DNA of 12,323 nucleotides, from NCBI GenBank assembly GCA_048941265.1, contig JBHLNT010000122.1:1-12323 (forward strand). The letters are read 5' to 3'. Under the pieces are notes generated by a model. The model searched no databases, was not told the DNA's origin, and worked only from the letters and a program-made list of their open reading frames with translations. Positions 1-7,616 of the stretch are shown here, piece after piece (within the stretch, counting starts at the first letter, position 1; every line of letters starts with the position of its first letter). A program made the position numbers and the translations under genes. The DNA comes from Promethearchaeota archaeon (GTDB lineage: Archaea; Asgardarchaeota; Lokiarchaeia; Sigyniarchaeales; SOKP01).

Positions 1-11
1 ATTATTCGCAT
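1..11 (-). CDS. Possible start of a gene running off the left edge (MRI...)
   Basis: On the minus strand, purine-rich GAGAGAGA (19-26) precedes ATG at 11-9 (alternative ATG at 18-16). A long intergenic region lies upstream. Only 3-6 codons are visible. Confidence 0.3.
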
Positions 12-445
12 ATTTCATTCTCTCTCAAAATTTTAAAGTTTATTAGGTAAAATTTAGTTATTATTAGGTTTTAGAAGAAATAAATTTATAATAATAAGTA
101 GTGAATTATCCGCTAAAATACTAATTAAATGACCTAAAATACTGATAATTCCAAAGATTATTGATTTTCTTACTACATCTCTATTCTTGTTATTTACTTT
201 CAAATTAAATCAGTCATAGTGAAAATATTCATATATAGATAATAAATCATCAAAGTTTAGCGATACTTCTTACTATTTATAGTATATTACTAAATATTAT
301 CCTAATAAGTTAAAAGTATTACCGAGTAGTGGCTGAAAGTTTATTTATTTACTATGATATTAAATAAAATGTAATTTAGTTGGAGTTCTAATTTAAATTG
401 TAAGCTTTACTTTATGAAGAGGGGAGGATCTTATTAATAGTAGAA

Positions 446-459
446 TGATTTATAAATCA
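446..459. promoter_or_regulatory. Perfect 14-bp palindrome TGATTTATAAATCA containing a TATA-like TTTATAAA, upstream of the CDF gene
   Basis: Seen directly. It lies ~100 bp upstream of the CDF start and is flanked by further inverted repeats (AGAATT..AATTCT 461-478, CTATTAATAG 477-486). Confidence 0.4.
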
Positions 460-562
460 AAGAATTAAATTAAATTCTATTAATAGGTAACATTAAGTAA
501 ATGCTTTTAAAGTAAAATATAAATAAAGTAAATTATGGTTAGTAATTGAGGTACAATTATTG

Positions 563-1492
563 ATGGAATTAAAGATAAAAGAGAACACCTTTTCTAATCA
601 TTTATTCACCTTTCGTTCAGTGGAAAAGAAAAGGCTTGTCTTTTCACTTATTATCACATCAACAGTCATGGTTTTAGAAATCATAGGGGGGATCTTAGCT
701 AATAGTATTGCACTTATAAGTGATGCTGGTCATATGTTTACTCATTGTTTTGCTATTGGAATAAGCTTATTAGCAATATATATTGCGAGAAATCCTCCTT
801 GTCATCATAAAACTTTTGGTCTTTATCGTTCAGAAGTCTTGGCTGCTTTTATCAATGGAATCTTCCTTCTCCCTGTTGTTGCTTTAATTATTTATGAAGC
901 CATTTTAAGAATTTTATATCCTCAAGAAATACTTAGTTTTTATATGTTTATTATTGCGTTAATTGGACTATCAGTAAACTTAACCAGTATACTTCTCCTT
1001 CAAGGAACTAATAAATCTGATTTAAATGTTAGAGCTGTAGTTTCTCACATGTTCGCTGATGCTGTGTCATCAATAGGTATCGTAATAATTGCAATTATTA
1101 TTTTTTATACCGGATGGACAATCCTCGATCCTATCGTAAGTATTGGCATTTCTATAATAATTCTCTATTGGGCTTTAGGGATTTTGAGAGAATCTACTAG
1201 AATTCTTCTAGAAATGGCACCAAAAGGATTAAATGTCCACATTATCAGTGAAGATTTACAAAGCAATTTTAAAGAGATCGTTGATTTAATTAATGTTCAC
1301 TTATGGACAATAACTCCTGAAATGCTAGTTTTTTCAGCACACCTGATTGTTTCAGATGACATCGATATGTTTTCCAACCAAGGATCTCTTATAGATAAAA
1401 TTAATTCCTATTTGAACAATAAATATCACATCATTGAATCTACTATTCAAATAATCTCAAGTAATGACCCCAAATATTGCAATATTGATTAA
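563..1492 (+). CDS. Cation diffusion facilitator (CDF) family metal exporter (CzcD/ZitB/DmeF-like)
   Basis: CDF motifs: SIALISDAGHM, TFGLYRSEVLAAFING, HMFAD, DPIVSI, ILLE.AP, VHLWTIT...FSAHL, STIQI; six hydrophobic segments plus a C-terminal cytoplasmic domain. ATG at 563 is preferred over TTG at 560; GAGGT lies upstream. Confidence 0.93.
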   Translation: MELKIKENTFSNHLFTFRSVEKKRLVFSLIITSTVMVLEIIGGILANSIALISDAGHMFTHCFAIGISLLAIYIARNPPCHHKTFGLYRSEVLAAFINGIFLLPVVALIIYEAILRILYPQEILSFYMFIIALIGLSVNLTSILLLQGTNKSDLNVRAVVSHMFADAVSSIGIVIIAIIIFYTGWTILDPIVSIGISIIILYWALGILRESTRILLEMAPKGLNVHIISEDLQSNFKEIVDLINVHLWTITPEMLVFSAHLIVSDDIDMFSNQGSLIDKINSYLNNKYHIIESTIQIISSNDPKYCNID

Positions 1493-1522
1493 GTTTTCAT
1501 AAATATCAATGCTTATGAATGT

Positions 1523-1867
1523 TTATAACCATGAAACTATTTGCGACGTTTCTACTAAAATATCAACAAGATTTTCGTATTCGATGAGAACAATTTTTTC
1601 ATTGATGGCTTTAATATCAATCCCACGAGCTTTAATGTCAGGTATTATTGCATAAATTTCAATCGGTAGGTTTAGTAATTTCTTTAAAGATGAGGGAACT
1701 TTTCCTAATTTCGAAATACCTATAACTCCATCATGCATTAATACAATTTTTATTCTGGCTCCTGCATTAATTTGATCGCTTATAATAGAGATTAAATTCG
1801 CCGATTGATCATTCTTGCGAAGACTAAAGCCAAATAAATAAACAATAAGATTATTATTTTCCACCAT
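1523..1867 (-). CDS. dsrH: DsrH/TusB family sulfur-relay subunit
   Basis: VLMHDGV, YAIIPDIKARGI, IEYENLVDIL and the C-terminal IVSWL match the TusB/DsrH pattern. Third gene of the triad. Confidence 0.85.
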   Translation of the reverse strand: MVENNNLIVYLFGFSLRKNDQSANLISIISDQINAGARIKIVLMHDGVIGISKLGKVPSSLKKLLNLPIEIYAIIPDIKARGIDIKAINEKIVLIEYENLVDILVETSQIVSWL

Positions 1868-1882
1868 TTTCCACTTCTTATT

Positions 1883-2251
1883 TTAGTATTTAAAACTCAT
1901 ATCTGCTTTTAAAATCAAATTAGATAATTCTTTATTATGAACAATCTTTAGATTGTCATTTGATATCAAATCTGAATGACTCATATCGGCTGATTCGAGT
2001 GCCTCGTCAAGAACGTAGATTTCCAGATCAGAAAGTTCTATTAATCTCATTATGTTTGAAAAACTATCCAAATTAAGAATTTCAGGATTTAGATTCTTAT
2101 TTAAAAAGTAAACGGCATCACCGAGGAAAATTACTTTACATTTGTCAAGATCTCCTACGGCTAATAAACCAGTTGCCATACGTATTGATTCTACCGCAGA
2201 ATTCTTACCGAAGGGGGAATCTTCACATATTATTACGATTGAGTCTACCAT
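1883..2251 (-). CDS. dsrF: DsrF/TusC family sulfur-relay subunit
   Basis: SPFG...AVESIRMA, VIFLGDAVYFL, IYVLDEAL and C-terminal ADMSFKY fit DsrF/TusC. SD GGAGGT lies in the end of the upstream gene. Confidence 0.82.
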   Translation of the reverse strand: MVDSIVIICEDSPFGKNSAVESIRMATGLLAVGDLDKCKVIFLGDAVYFLNKNLNPEILNLDSFSNIMRLIELSDLEIYVLDEALESADMSHSDLISNDNLKIVHNKELSNLILKADMSFKY

Positions 2252-2254
2252 TTT

Positions 2255-2623
2255 TCAACCTCCAGGACCAAAAAATATAACTCGATCTGATCTTGCAATT
2301 AAATCAGAAAGTCCTCCTAAGCCCTCTTGACATGCTCCCTCAATAAACTCTGACGATTTGATTCCTGAAAAATTAATCCATGTGCTGCAAGCTGCCAATC
2401 TTGCATTATATTTCTTACAAAAATTTGCGAGCCTCTCAGGTAAATTTCGAGTAGAATCGTCAGTAAGGATATCACCCTTAATATTATAAACGCCACTCCC
2501 GTAAAGGAAAATCCCTAGAATATGATGACCTTTCTTAATAATAGCTTCTCCTAAATTAATTAGAGTATCCATTGCCTCATATTTATAAGGTTCCGCACAA
2601 AGAATAAACGTAAATTTTACCAT
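2255..2623 (-). CDS. dsrE: DsrE/TusD family sulfurtransferase subunit with catalytic Cys79
   Basis: EPY, KGHHILGIFLYGSGVYN, LAAC79 (equivalent to TusD/DsrE Cys78) and GLGGLSDLIARSDRVIFF closely follow the TusD consensus. Confidence 0.88.
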   Translation of the reverse strand: MVKFTFILCAEPYKYEAMDTLINLGEAIIKKGHHILGIFLYGSGVYNIKGDILTDDSTRNLPERLANFCKKYNARLAACSTWINFSGIKSSEFIEGACQEGLGGLSDLIARSDRVIFFGPGG

Positions 2624-2739
2624 TGCAATCCAATTTTATTTTAAAATTAATTAATTGAGATTAAATATCAGATATATTATTTGAATATGTCATTTATAGA
2701 AAATGTATAATTAAAAAAATAAGTAGTAATTATATTGAA

Positions 2740-3201
2740 TTACTTAATTTCTGCTCCACAATAATTACAAAATTGTGCTCCTTCTTTCTCAATATGGGCC
2801 CCACAACTCGGACAAAATTCAGTTTTTCCTGTTGTTGCTGCTGGAACCGTCTTTAATTGCCCTGTTTTTGAAGAGAACTTACCCCGTAATTCACCTGACA
2901 TTTTTAAATCTAAAATTATGGCTTGGACATCTTTTTTTGAAATTCCCGTACTTTTACTAATATCTTCTACAGTAGCATTAGGATTTGATTCAAATTCGTA
3001 CTTAACAGCATTCCTAAGCTTTTTTTTATTTACTATTGCTCTAATCAATCCCAGTGATATGGCGATTCCAATTCCAATTAAAATTATTCCCCACCATCCA
3101 CCAGCAATAATGGAGGTTATACCCCAGAAAAAAAACGCACCTGCGATGATTAAACCACAGATTGAAAATCCTTCTGTGTATTGGTTTTTCTCATATTTCA
3201 T
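2740..3201 (-). CDS. Membrane protein: two N-terminal TM helices, winged-helix/PCI-like domain, C-terminal zinc ribbon
   Basis: Hydrophobic hairpin, then TVEDISKSTGISKKDVQAIILDLKMSGELRGKF (wHTH/PCI-like), then CPSCG...FCNYCG. ATG at 3201 follows SD-like AGGTGA (3210-3215); the track's GTG at 3213 lies within that SD. Confidence 0.75.
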   Translation of the reverse strand: MKYEKNQYTEGFSICGLIIAGAFFFWGITSIIAGGWWGIILIGIGIAISLGLIRAIVNKKKLRNAVKYEFESNPNATVEDISKSTGISKKDVQAIILDLKMSGELRGKFSSKTGQLKTVPAATTGKTEFCPSCGAHIEKEGAQFCNYCGAEIK

Positions 3202-3300
3202 AAGATAATTCACCTAATGTTTTTTATTATGGCTAATATAAGAAATTTTCATAATTAAATGCTTATATTGTATTTTATTTAGCTAAGTGATATATTAACT

Positions 3301-3329
3301 AAAAAAAATAAAGAGAATATATCTCTTTA
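3301..3329 (-). terminator. Hairpin plus T-run downstream of the Fe-ADH gene
   Basis: 8-bp stem TAAAGAGA (3309-3316) / TCTCTTTA (3322-3329) with a 5-nt loop, followed on the minus strand by T8 (3301-3308), about 10 bp after the stop codon. Confidence 0.6.
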
Positions 3330-3338
3330 AAATAATTA

Positions 3339-4547
3339 TTAAAAGTCTACATTCTTTCCATCATAAGCATATATAAAGAGCTTCTTCCATTCTTCTGTAT
3401 TAGGGGACCTAGGACCTGCAGTACATACGGGACTTTGGAAACACAAGCTAACCAATTTATCCAAATTATTCTCCAAATCAGCTCTAGTTACTTGAGTTTC
3501 TTTTAGCGCATGCGGAAATCCTATTTCTTTCTGTAATTCGTTTACTTTATCAATTACGACATAAGCAGCCTTTTTGGTTTCCATATCCCATTTAGCCCAA
3601 CCCATTTGTTTGGCAAACTTCCCGAGTATTTCGGTGGTCTTATCGCCCTCATCAGGATTATTTAGACAATATTCCAAAACGTATGGTAGGAAAGTGCCTA
3701 CGCATATTCCATGAGGAGTATGGAATACGGCACCCCAGCTATGGCCTAAAGAATGTCCTATATGTGCCATAGAATTACTAAAGGCTAAACCAGCAATTGT
3801 CGCCGCGAGATGCATTTTATCCCTCGCCTCAATATTTTTTCCATCTTTACAGGCAATAGGTAAGTATTTAAAGATGAGTTCTACTGATTTTAAGGTAAGA
3901 GCATCACAGATATCATTTCTCCACATTGAAATGATATTTTCAAGTGAATGTGCTAACGCATCAAAGCCAGTGCTAGCTGTTAGTTTCGGAGGCATTTCTA
4001 ACGGAAAGATTGGATCTACAATTGTATATGTAGGTATGAGCCCACTGTGAGGGATTTCCATTTTTCGCCATACATTATCCGCTTCTTCATACCTAGATAT
4101 TACTATTCCTAAAGATACGTCGGCTCCTGTTCCTGATGTAGTAGGGATAACAACCATCTTAGCTTTTACTCCCGTATTAATCTTAAATAGATCTGGATTT
4201 AGCGGTAATTCGTCGAGGGTATACTCAGGTAATTCATATAACGCCCATGTTGCCTTTGCTGTATCAATTACAGAACCCCCTCCTAAGGCAATGATAATCT
4301 CAGGTTGATAAGAAAAACATTTCTCTCGAGATTTATTTACCCCATTTTCGTGAGGATCGGGAACTACTTCATCGAAAATCTCGTACTTTTTTCCAAGCTC
4401 TTCAAGTTTGTTTGTTAATTTTTTTAGGAGGCCTAATTCTTCAATAATTTTATCGGTTACAATATAACATTTCTCGCCAGGTACCCTGAATAAAAAATCT
4501 AAGGCATCTTCTCCATAAATTACACTTGGACTATAAAAATACCACAT
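3339..4547 (-). CDS. Iron-containing alcohol dehydrogenase (group III ADH)
   Basis: GGGSVIDTAK, IPTTSGTGAD, IVDP, GFDALAH, AGLAFSNS..IGHSLGH and PHG give the NAD(P)- and metal-binding (D,H,H,H) motifs. Confidence 0.95.
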   Translation of the reverse strand: MWYFYSPSVIYGEDALDFLFRVPGEKCYIVTDKIIEELGLLKKLTNKLEELGKKYEIFDEVVPDPHENGVNKSREKCFSYQPEIIIALGGGSVIDTAKATWALYELPEYTLDELPLNPDLFKINTGVKAKMVVIPTTSGTGADVSLGIVISRYEEADNVWRKMEIPHSGLIPTYTIVDPIFPLEMPPKLTASTGFDALAHSLENIISMWRNDICDALTLKSVELIFKYLPIACKDGKNIEARDKMHLAATIAGLAFSNSMAHIGHSLGHSWGAVFHTPHGICVGTFLPYVLEYCLNNPDEGDKTTEILGKFAKQMGWAKWDMETKKAAYVVIDKVNELQKEIGFPHALKETQVTRADLENNLDKLVSLCFQSPVCTAGPRSPNTEEWKKLFIYAYDGKNVDF

Positions 4548-4582
4548 TCTATATCATATCACTATTTTTTATTAGACCTAAT

Positions 4583-4602
4583 TTGTAATGAATTAATTAC
4601 AA
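4583..4602. promoter_or_regulatory. Near-perfect 20-bp palindrome TTGTAATgAATTaATTACAA, candidate operator of the Fe-ADH gene
   Basis: 9 of 10 pairs are complementary; it lies 35 bp upstream of the ADH start codon. Confidence 0.5.
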
Positions 4603-4658
4603 TTTAAGGAAAGAGAACTTATATACGTATGCATGTAAAGAAAGAAAAAAAGAGTGTA

Positions 4659-5360
4659 TTATAGGAGACGATTTTTAATTCCCTCTGGCATCATAAAACC
4701 TATGTAAAAAATAATGGCACATAAGAGTATAATAATTCGATTCGGAGGCAGAGTTATTACTATTTCCAAAATGGCACCTATTAAAAATAATATAAATGCT
4801 AGGATGAGGAATTTTCCTCTTAACTTATTTTCAGGATCATTAAGCTTTAAAGTTTTAAAGGAGAATAGAAAGCCACTAATCATAAAGACACATAAGTTGA
4901 AAGCTATATGGAGTATCGCTATGATTCCAAAATCAACATCAACGGGGCTTACCATAACTCCGACTTTAGATACGTCTGTAAATAGATAATAGATCATAAT
5001 ACCTTCTAAAATTAATGCTATTACGAGATACAGCATAATGAACAGAGTTTTTCTTTTTATTTTCACCATCTCACTTATAGCCATTAACCATGAAATTAGA
5101 AAAATTGGAAGAAATGCATTATTAAGAATGAGATAGACTTCTACAGTAAGACCACTTCCCGTGAAAAGAAGCATCAAAAATCCTATCGCTGAGGGCCACC
5201 AGGGTTCAGATATACCAATCCAAGCAAAACCTGTTAAGAAAAAGACTCGTTTTTTGAAAACCTTATATTTAAAAAGAATTTTTAAACCAACATATACAAA
5301 AACAATAACAAGAAGTATACTAAAAATACCGTTTATTAGGATTTCTGTAGTTATTTCCAT
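4659..5360 (-). CDS. Uncharacterised standalone 7-transmembrane protein
   Basis: 233 aa with seven hydrophobic segments separated by short, often basic loops (KYKVFKKR, KIKRK, KLRGK). No soluble domain. Confidence 0.8.
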   Translation of the reverse strand: MEITTEILINGIFSILLVIVFVYVGLKILFKYKVFKKRVFFLTGFAWIGISEPWWPSAIGFLMLLFTGSGLTVEVYLILNNAFLPIFLISWLMAISEMVKIKRKTLFIMLYLVIALILEGIMIYYLFTDVSKVGVMVSPVDVDFGIIAILHIAFNLCVFMISGFLFSFKTLKLNDPENKLRGKFLILAFILFLIGAILEIVITLPPNRIIILLCAIIFYIGFMMPEGIKNRLL

Positions 5361-5497
5361 TAATTATCAACTATTAGTTATAATTATAGTTAAAAGATCT
5401 TACTTCTGTTATTTAAACATTCTCAATGTTTTTTGATCTCTACTTCTATTGGCAAACGGAAAAAGGATAAAATGGATACAATAAATTAAAAAATGGT

Positions 5498-5523
5498 AAA
5501 AAAAAAATAAATTTAATTTTTTT
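5498..5523 (-). terminator. A/T-tract putative terminator downstream of the amidase gene
   Basis: A10 (T10 on the minus strand) followed by a T-run, about 50-75 bp past the amidase stop. Oligo-T termination is typical of archaea. Confidence 0.35.
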
Positions 5524-5572
5524 CTTTAAACATTTAGAAGCTTTTTATCAAATTTATACAAGAATTACTAGA

Positions 5573-7081
5573 TTAACTACAGAAAATTGGAGGCTTTCGA
5601 TTAATCCATGGTCTTTCTTGCTCTAATTGGGCTGCCAAACGGAATAGTGTCGCTTCATCACCAAAAGGAGAAGCAAATTGAATGCCAATAGGGATATTAT
5701 CTGCAGTCCAATATAATGGAACTGACATAGCTGGTTGACCAGTTACATTGTAAACAAATGTATATGCAACAAGCTTACTCATTAATGAAATAGTTTTACC
5801 CGCTTTCCTTAAATTTGTTGGCGCAAAATTACCTAGCTTAATTGGGGGAACAGTTAGTGTAGTATTAAGAAGAATATCATATCCACCTTTATGAAACCAT
5901 TGTGCCATTTTGCGAGAGAATTTCTGGCATTCTTCGATGGCGATACAATAATCAACCCCGGTACGGGTGGCTGCATTTTGATAAACTAACCAGGTCACAG
6001 GTTCCAATTGATTTTCGGTTATTTGTTTCTCCAATTCTCTTTCCCAATATGAGATAATTTGACCAGTGGTACTTGAAAAGATAACACCGAAACTCATAAA
6101 GAGATTCTTATAACCTAAGACATCTGCATCTATTTCCTCAACATCATGACCTAAACTTTCGCATAATTGAGCAGCATCTCTAACCGCTTTTTCGCATTCT
6201 GGATCTATTTTGGTCTCAAAACTCCATCCATTAGGTATAGAACTTAAATAACCGATTTTTAAACGACCTACCTCTGATCCAACTTCTTCAAGATAAGGAC
6301 GTTTCTTTGGTGGAGCATAATAAGGGTCCCCGATATCTGCTCCCGATGTGGCATCTAATAATGCTGCTGAATCTCTAACAGTACGAGAAAGCCCGTGTTC
6401 TACAGCAATTCCAGATCCAAAATCTCCAAAATAAGGTCCCATTGGATTCCTCGCGCGAGTCGGTTTTAAACCAAATACTCCACAACAAGAAGCGGGAATG
6501 CGAATCGATCCTCCTCCATCGTTGCCATGAGCTAACGGTACTATGCCGGTTGCCACAGCCACTGCTGATCCGCCACTAGAGCCTCCTGTGATTATATCTT
6601 GATTCCATGGGTTTAAGGTAGGTCCAAATAATAGAGGTTCGGTTGAGGGTAGACAACCAAATTCTGGTGTATTAGTTTTACCAACAGTGATCAATCCGGC
6701 TGCTTTTTGTCGTTTTACAAGTTCTGTATCCAATTTCGAGATATATCCATTAACTGCTGCAGAGCCCTCGCTAAAGGGAGCACCAGCATATTCAGCAATA
6801 AGATCCTTTAAAAGAAATGGAATGCCGCAAAAAATAGTTTCTTTTCCTTTTCCAGAACTTATTCCTTTATCCCATTTTTCAGCTAATCTCCTTGCTTCAT
6901 CATACATCTTATGAATAATCGCATTTAATTTAGGATTAACACGCTCAATTCGTTCAATAGCAATCTCCACTAATTCGGATGACTTAATTTCACCATCTCG
7001 AACCATTTCTGCAAGACCGAGCGCATCTTGCTCAATCAATTCAACTTTCAGAATTTCACACCTCTTATTCTTTATTTTCAA
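5573..7081 (-). CDS. Amidase signature family enzyme (NylA/6-aminohexanoate-cyclic-dimer hydrolase-like)
   Basis: GIPFLLKDL (catalytic Lys), [33 protein letters not shown] (catalytic Ser), [17 protein letters not shown]. Start is uncertain (TTG 7081 or CTG 7051). Confidence 0.95.
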   Translation of the reverse strand: MKIKNKRCEILKVELIEQDALGLAEMVRDGEIKSSELVEIAIERIERVNPKLNAIIHKMYDEARRLAEKWDKGISSGKGKETIFCGIPFLLKDLIAEYAGAPFSEGSAAVNGYISKLDTELVKRQKAAGLITVGKTNTPEFGCLPSTEPLLFGPTLNPWNQDIITGGSSGGSAVAVATGIVPLAHGNDGGGSIRIPASCCGVFGLKPTRARNPMGPYFGDFGSGIAVEHGLSRTVRDSAALLDATSGADIGDPYYAPPKKRPYLEEVGSEVGRLKIGYLSSIPNGWSFETKIDPECEKAVRDAAQLCESLGHDVEEIDADVLGYKNLFMSFGVIFSSTTGQIISYWERELEKQITENQLEPVTWLVYQNAATRTGVDYCIAIEECQKFSRKMAQWFHKGGYDILLNTTLTVPPIKLGNFAPTNLRKAGKTISLMSKLVAYTFVYNVTGQPAMSVPLYWTADNIPIGIQFASPFGDEATLFRLAAQLEQERPWINRKPPIFCS

Positions 7082-7104
7082 TCCAAAATATTTTATTTTT
7101 AATC

Positions 7105-7148
7105 ATTTACAAATTAAGAAGCGAATATTTAAATACATATTTGTAAAT
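7105..7148. promoter_or_regulatory. 10-bp perfect inverted repeat bracketing a TATA-like box upstream of the amidase
   Basis: ATTTACAAAT (7105-7114), a 24-bp spacer containing TATTTAAATA (7126-7135), then ATTTGTAAAT (7139-7148). Confidence 0.45.
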
Positions 7149-7319
7149 AATTCAACCAATAAATCCATAATTAAATTGAAGAATTAAATCATAATAATAA
7201 TAAACTAATCTGGTTATCTGTGAATTTGTAATTGCTTTTATAAAAATATATTAAAATGATAGAATGGTTTAAAGTATTGTAAAGTAGATCTTTTTAAATT
7301 AAACATAATAGTAATAGAA

Positions 7320-7616
7320 ATGATATATAATAGAACAGAAATTCTTTCAACACTTAAAAAATTAAAAATTGAAATAAGGGCTAAGTATAAAGTAAAAAAT
7401 TTAGGACTTTTCGGTTCTTATGTTAATGAGGAACAAAAAGAATCGAGTGATATCGACATACTTGCAGAATTTGAGGAAGATGCGGATTTATTTCATTATA
7501 TAGGATTATCTCATTTTCTTGAGGAATATTTTAATAAAAAAGTTGATATAATATCAAAGGCAGCAATAAAAGAAGAATTTAGGGAAGATATATTAAAAGA
7601 GGTAATTTATGCGTAA
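7320..7616 (+). CDS. mntA: Minimal nucleotidyltransferase (MNT) antitoxin
   Basis: 98 aa with LFGSYVNEEQKESSDIDIL (GSx10DxD) and KKVDII; overlaps the downstream HEPN gene by 8 bp. Confidence 0.92.
   Translation: MIYNRTEILSTLKKLKIEIRAKYKVKNLGLFGSYVNEEQKESSDIDILAEFEEDADLFHYIGLSHFLEEYFNKKVDIISKAAIKEEFREDILKEVIYA

Noticed and set aside
488-501. TAACATTAAGTAAA resembling the TetR motif upstream of the CDF gene
   Set aside because: Only the first 8 bases match and the ATTAC-N3-GTAAT palindrome is absent.
20-560. CRISPR array, replication origin or RNA gene in the long intergenic region
   Set aside because: Repeats are only 9-10 bp in two copies. No repeated ORB-like boxes, no cdc6 in view, and no GC-rich stems or tRNA cloverleaf.
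2142-2330. 62-aa + strand ORF
   Set aside because: Antisense to dsrE/dsrF with no recognisable motif.
2387-2389. Selenocysteine at the DsrE active site
   Set aside because: The codon is TGC (Cys), not TGA.
2775-3208. 61-aa and 96-aa + strand ORFs
   Set aside because: Shadow ORFs antisense to the TM/zinc-ribbon gene.
4714-5436. Two 91-aa + strand ORFs
   Set aside because: K/I/N-rich mirror of the hydrophobic 7-TM gene on the opposite strand.
6687-6914. 75-aa + strand ORF
   Set aside because: Antisense within the conserved amidase core.
5573-7081. Calling the amidase gatA
   Set aside because: The [12 protein letters not shown] motif differs from GatA's GSDTGGSIRQPA, and no gatB/gatC is adjacent.
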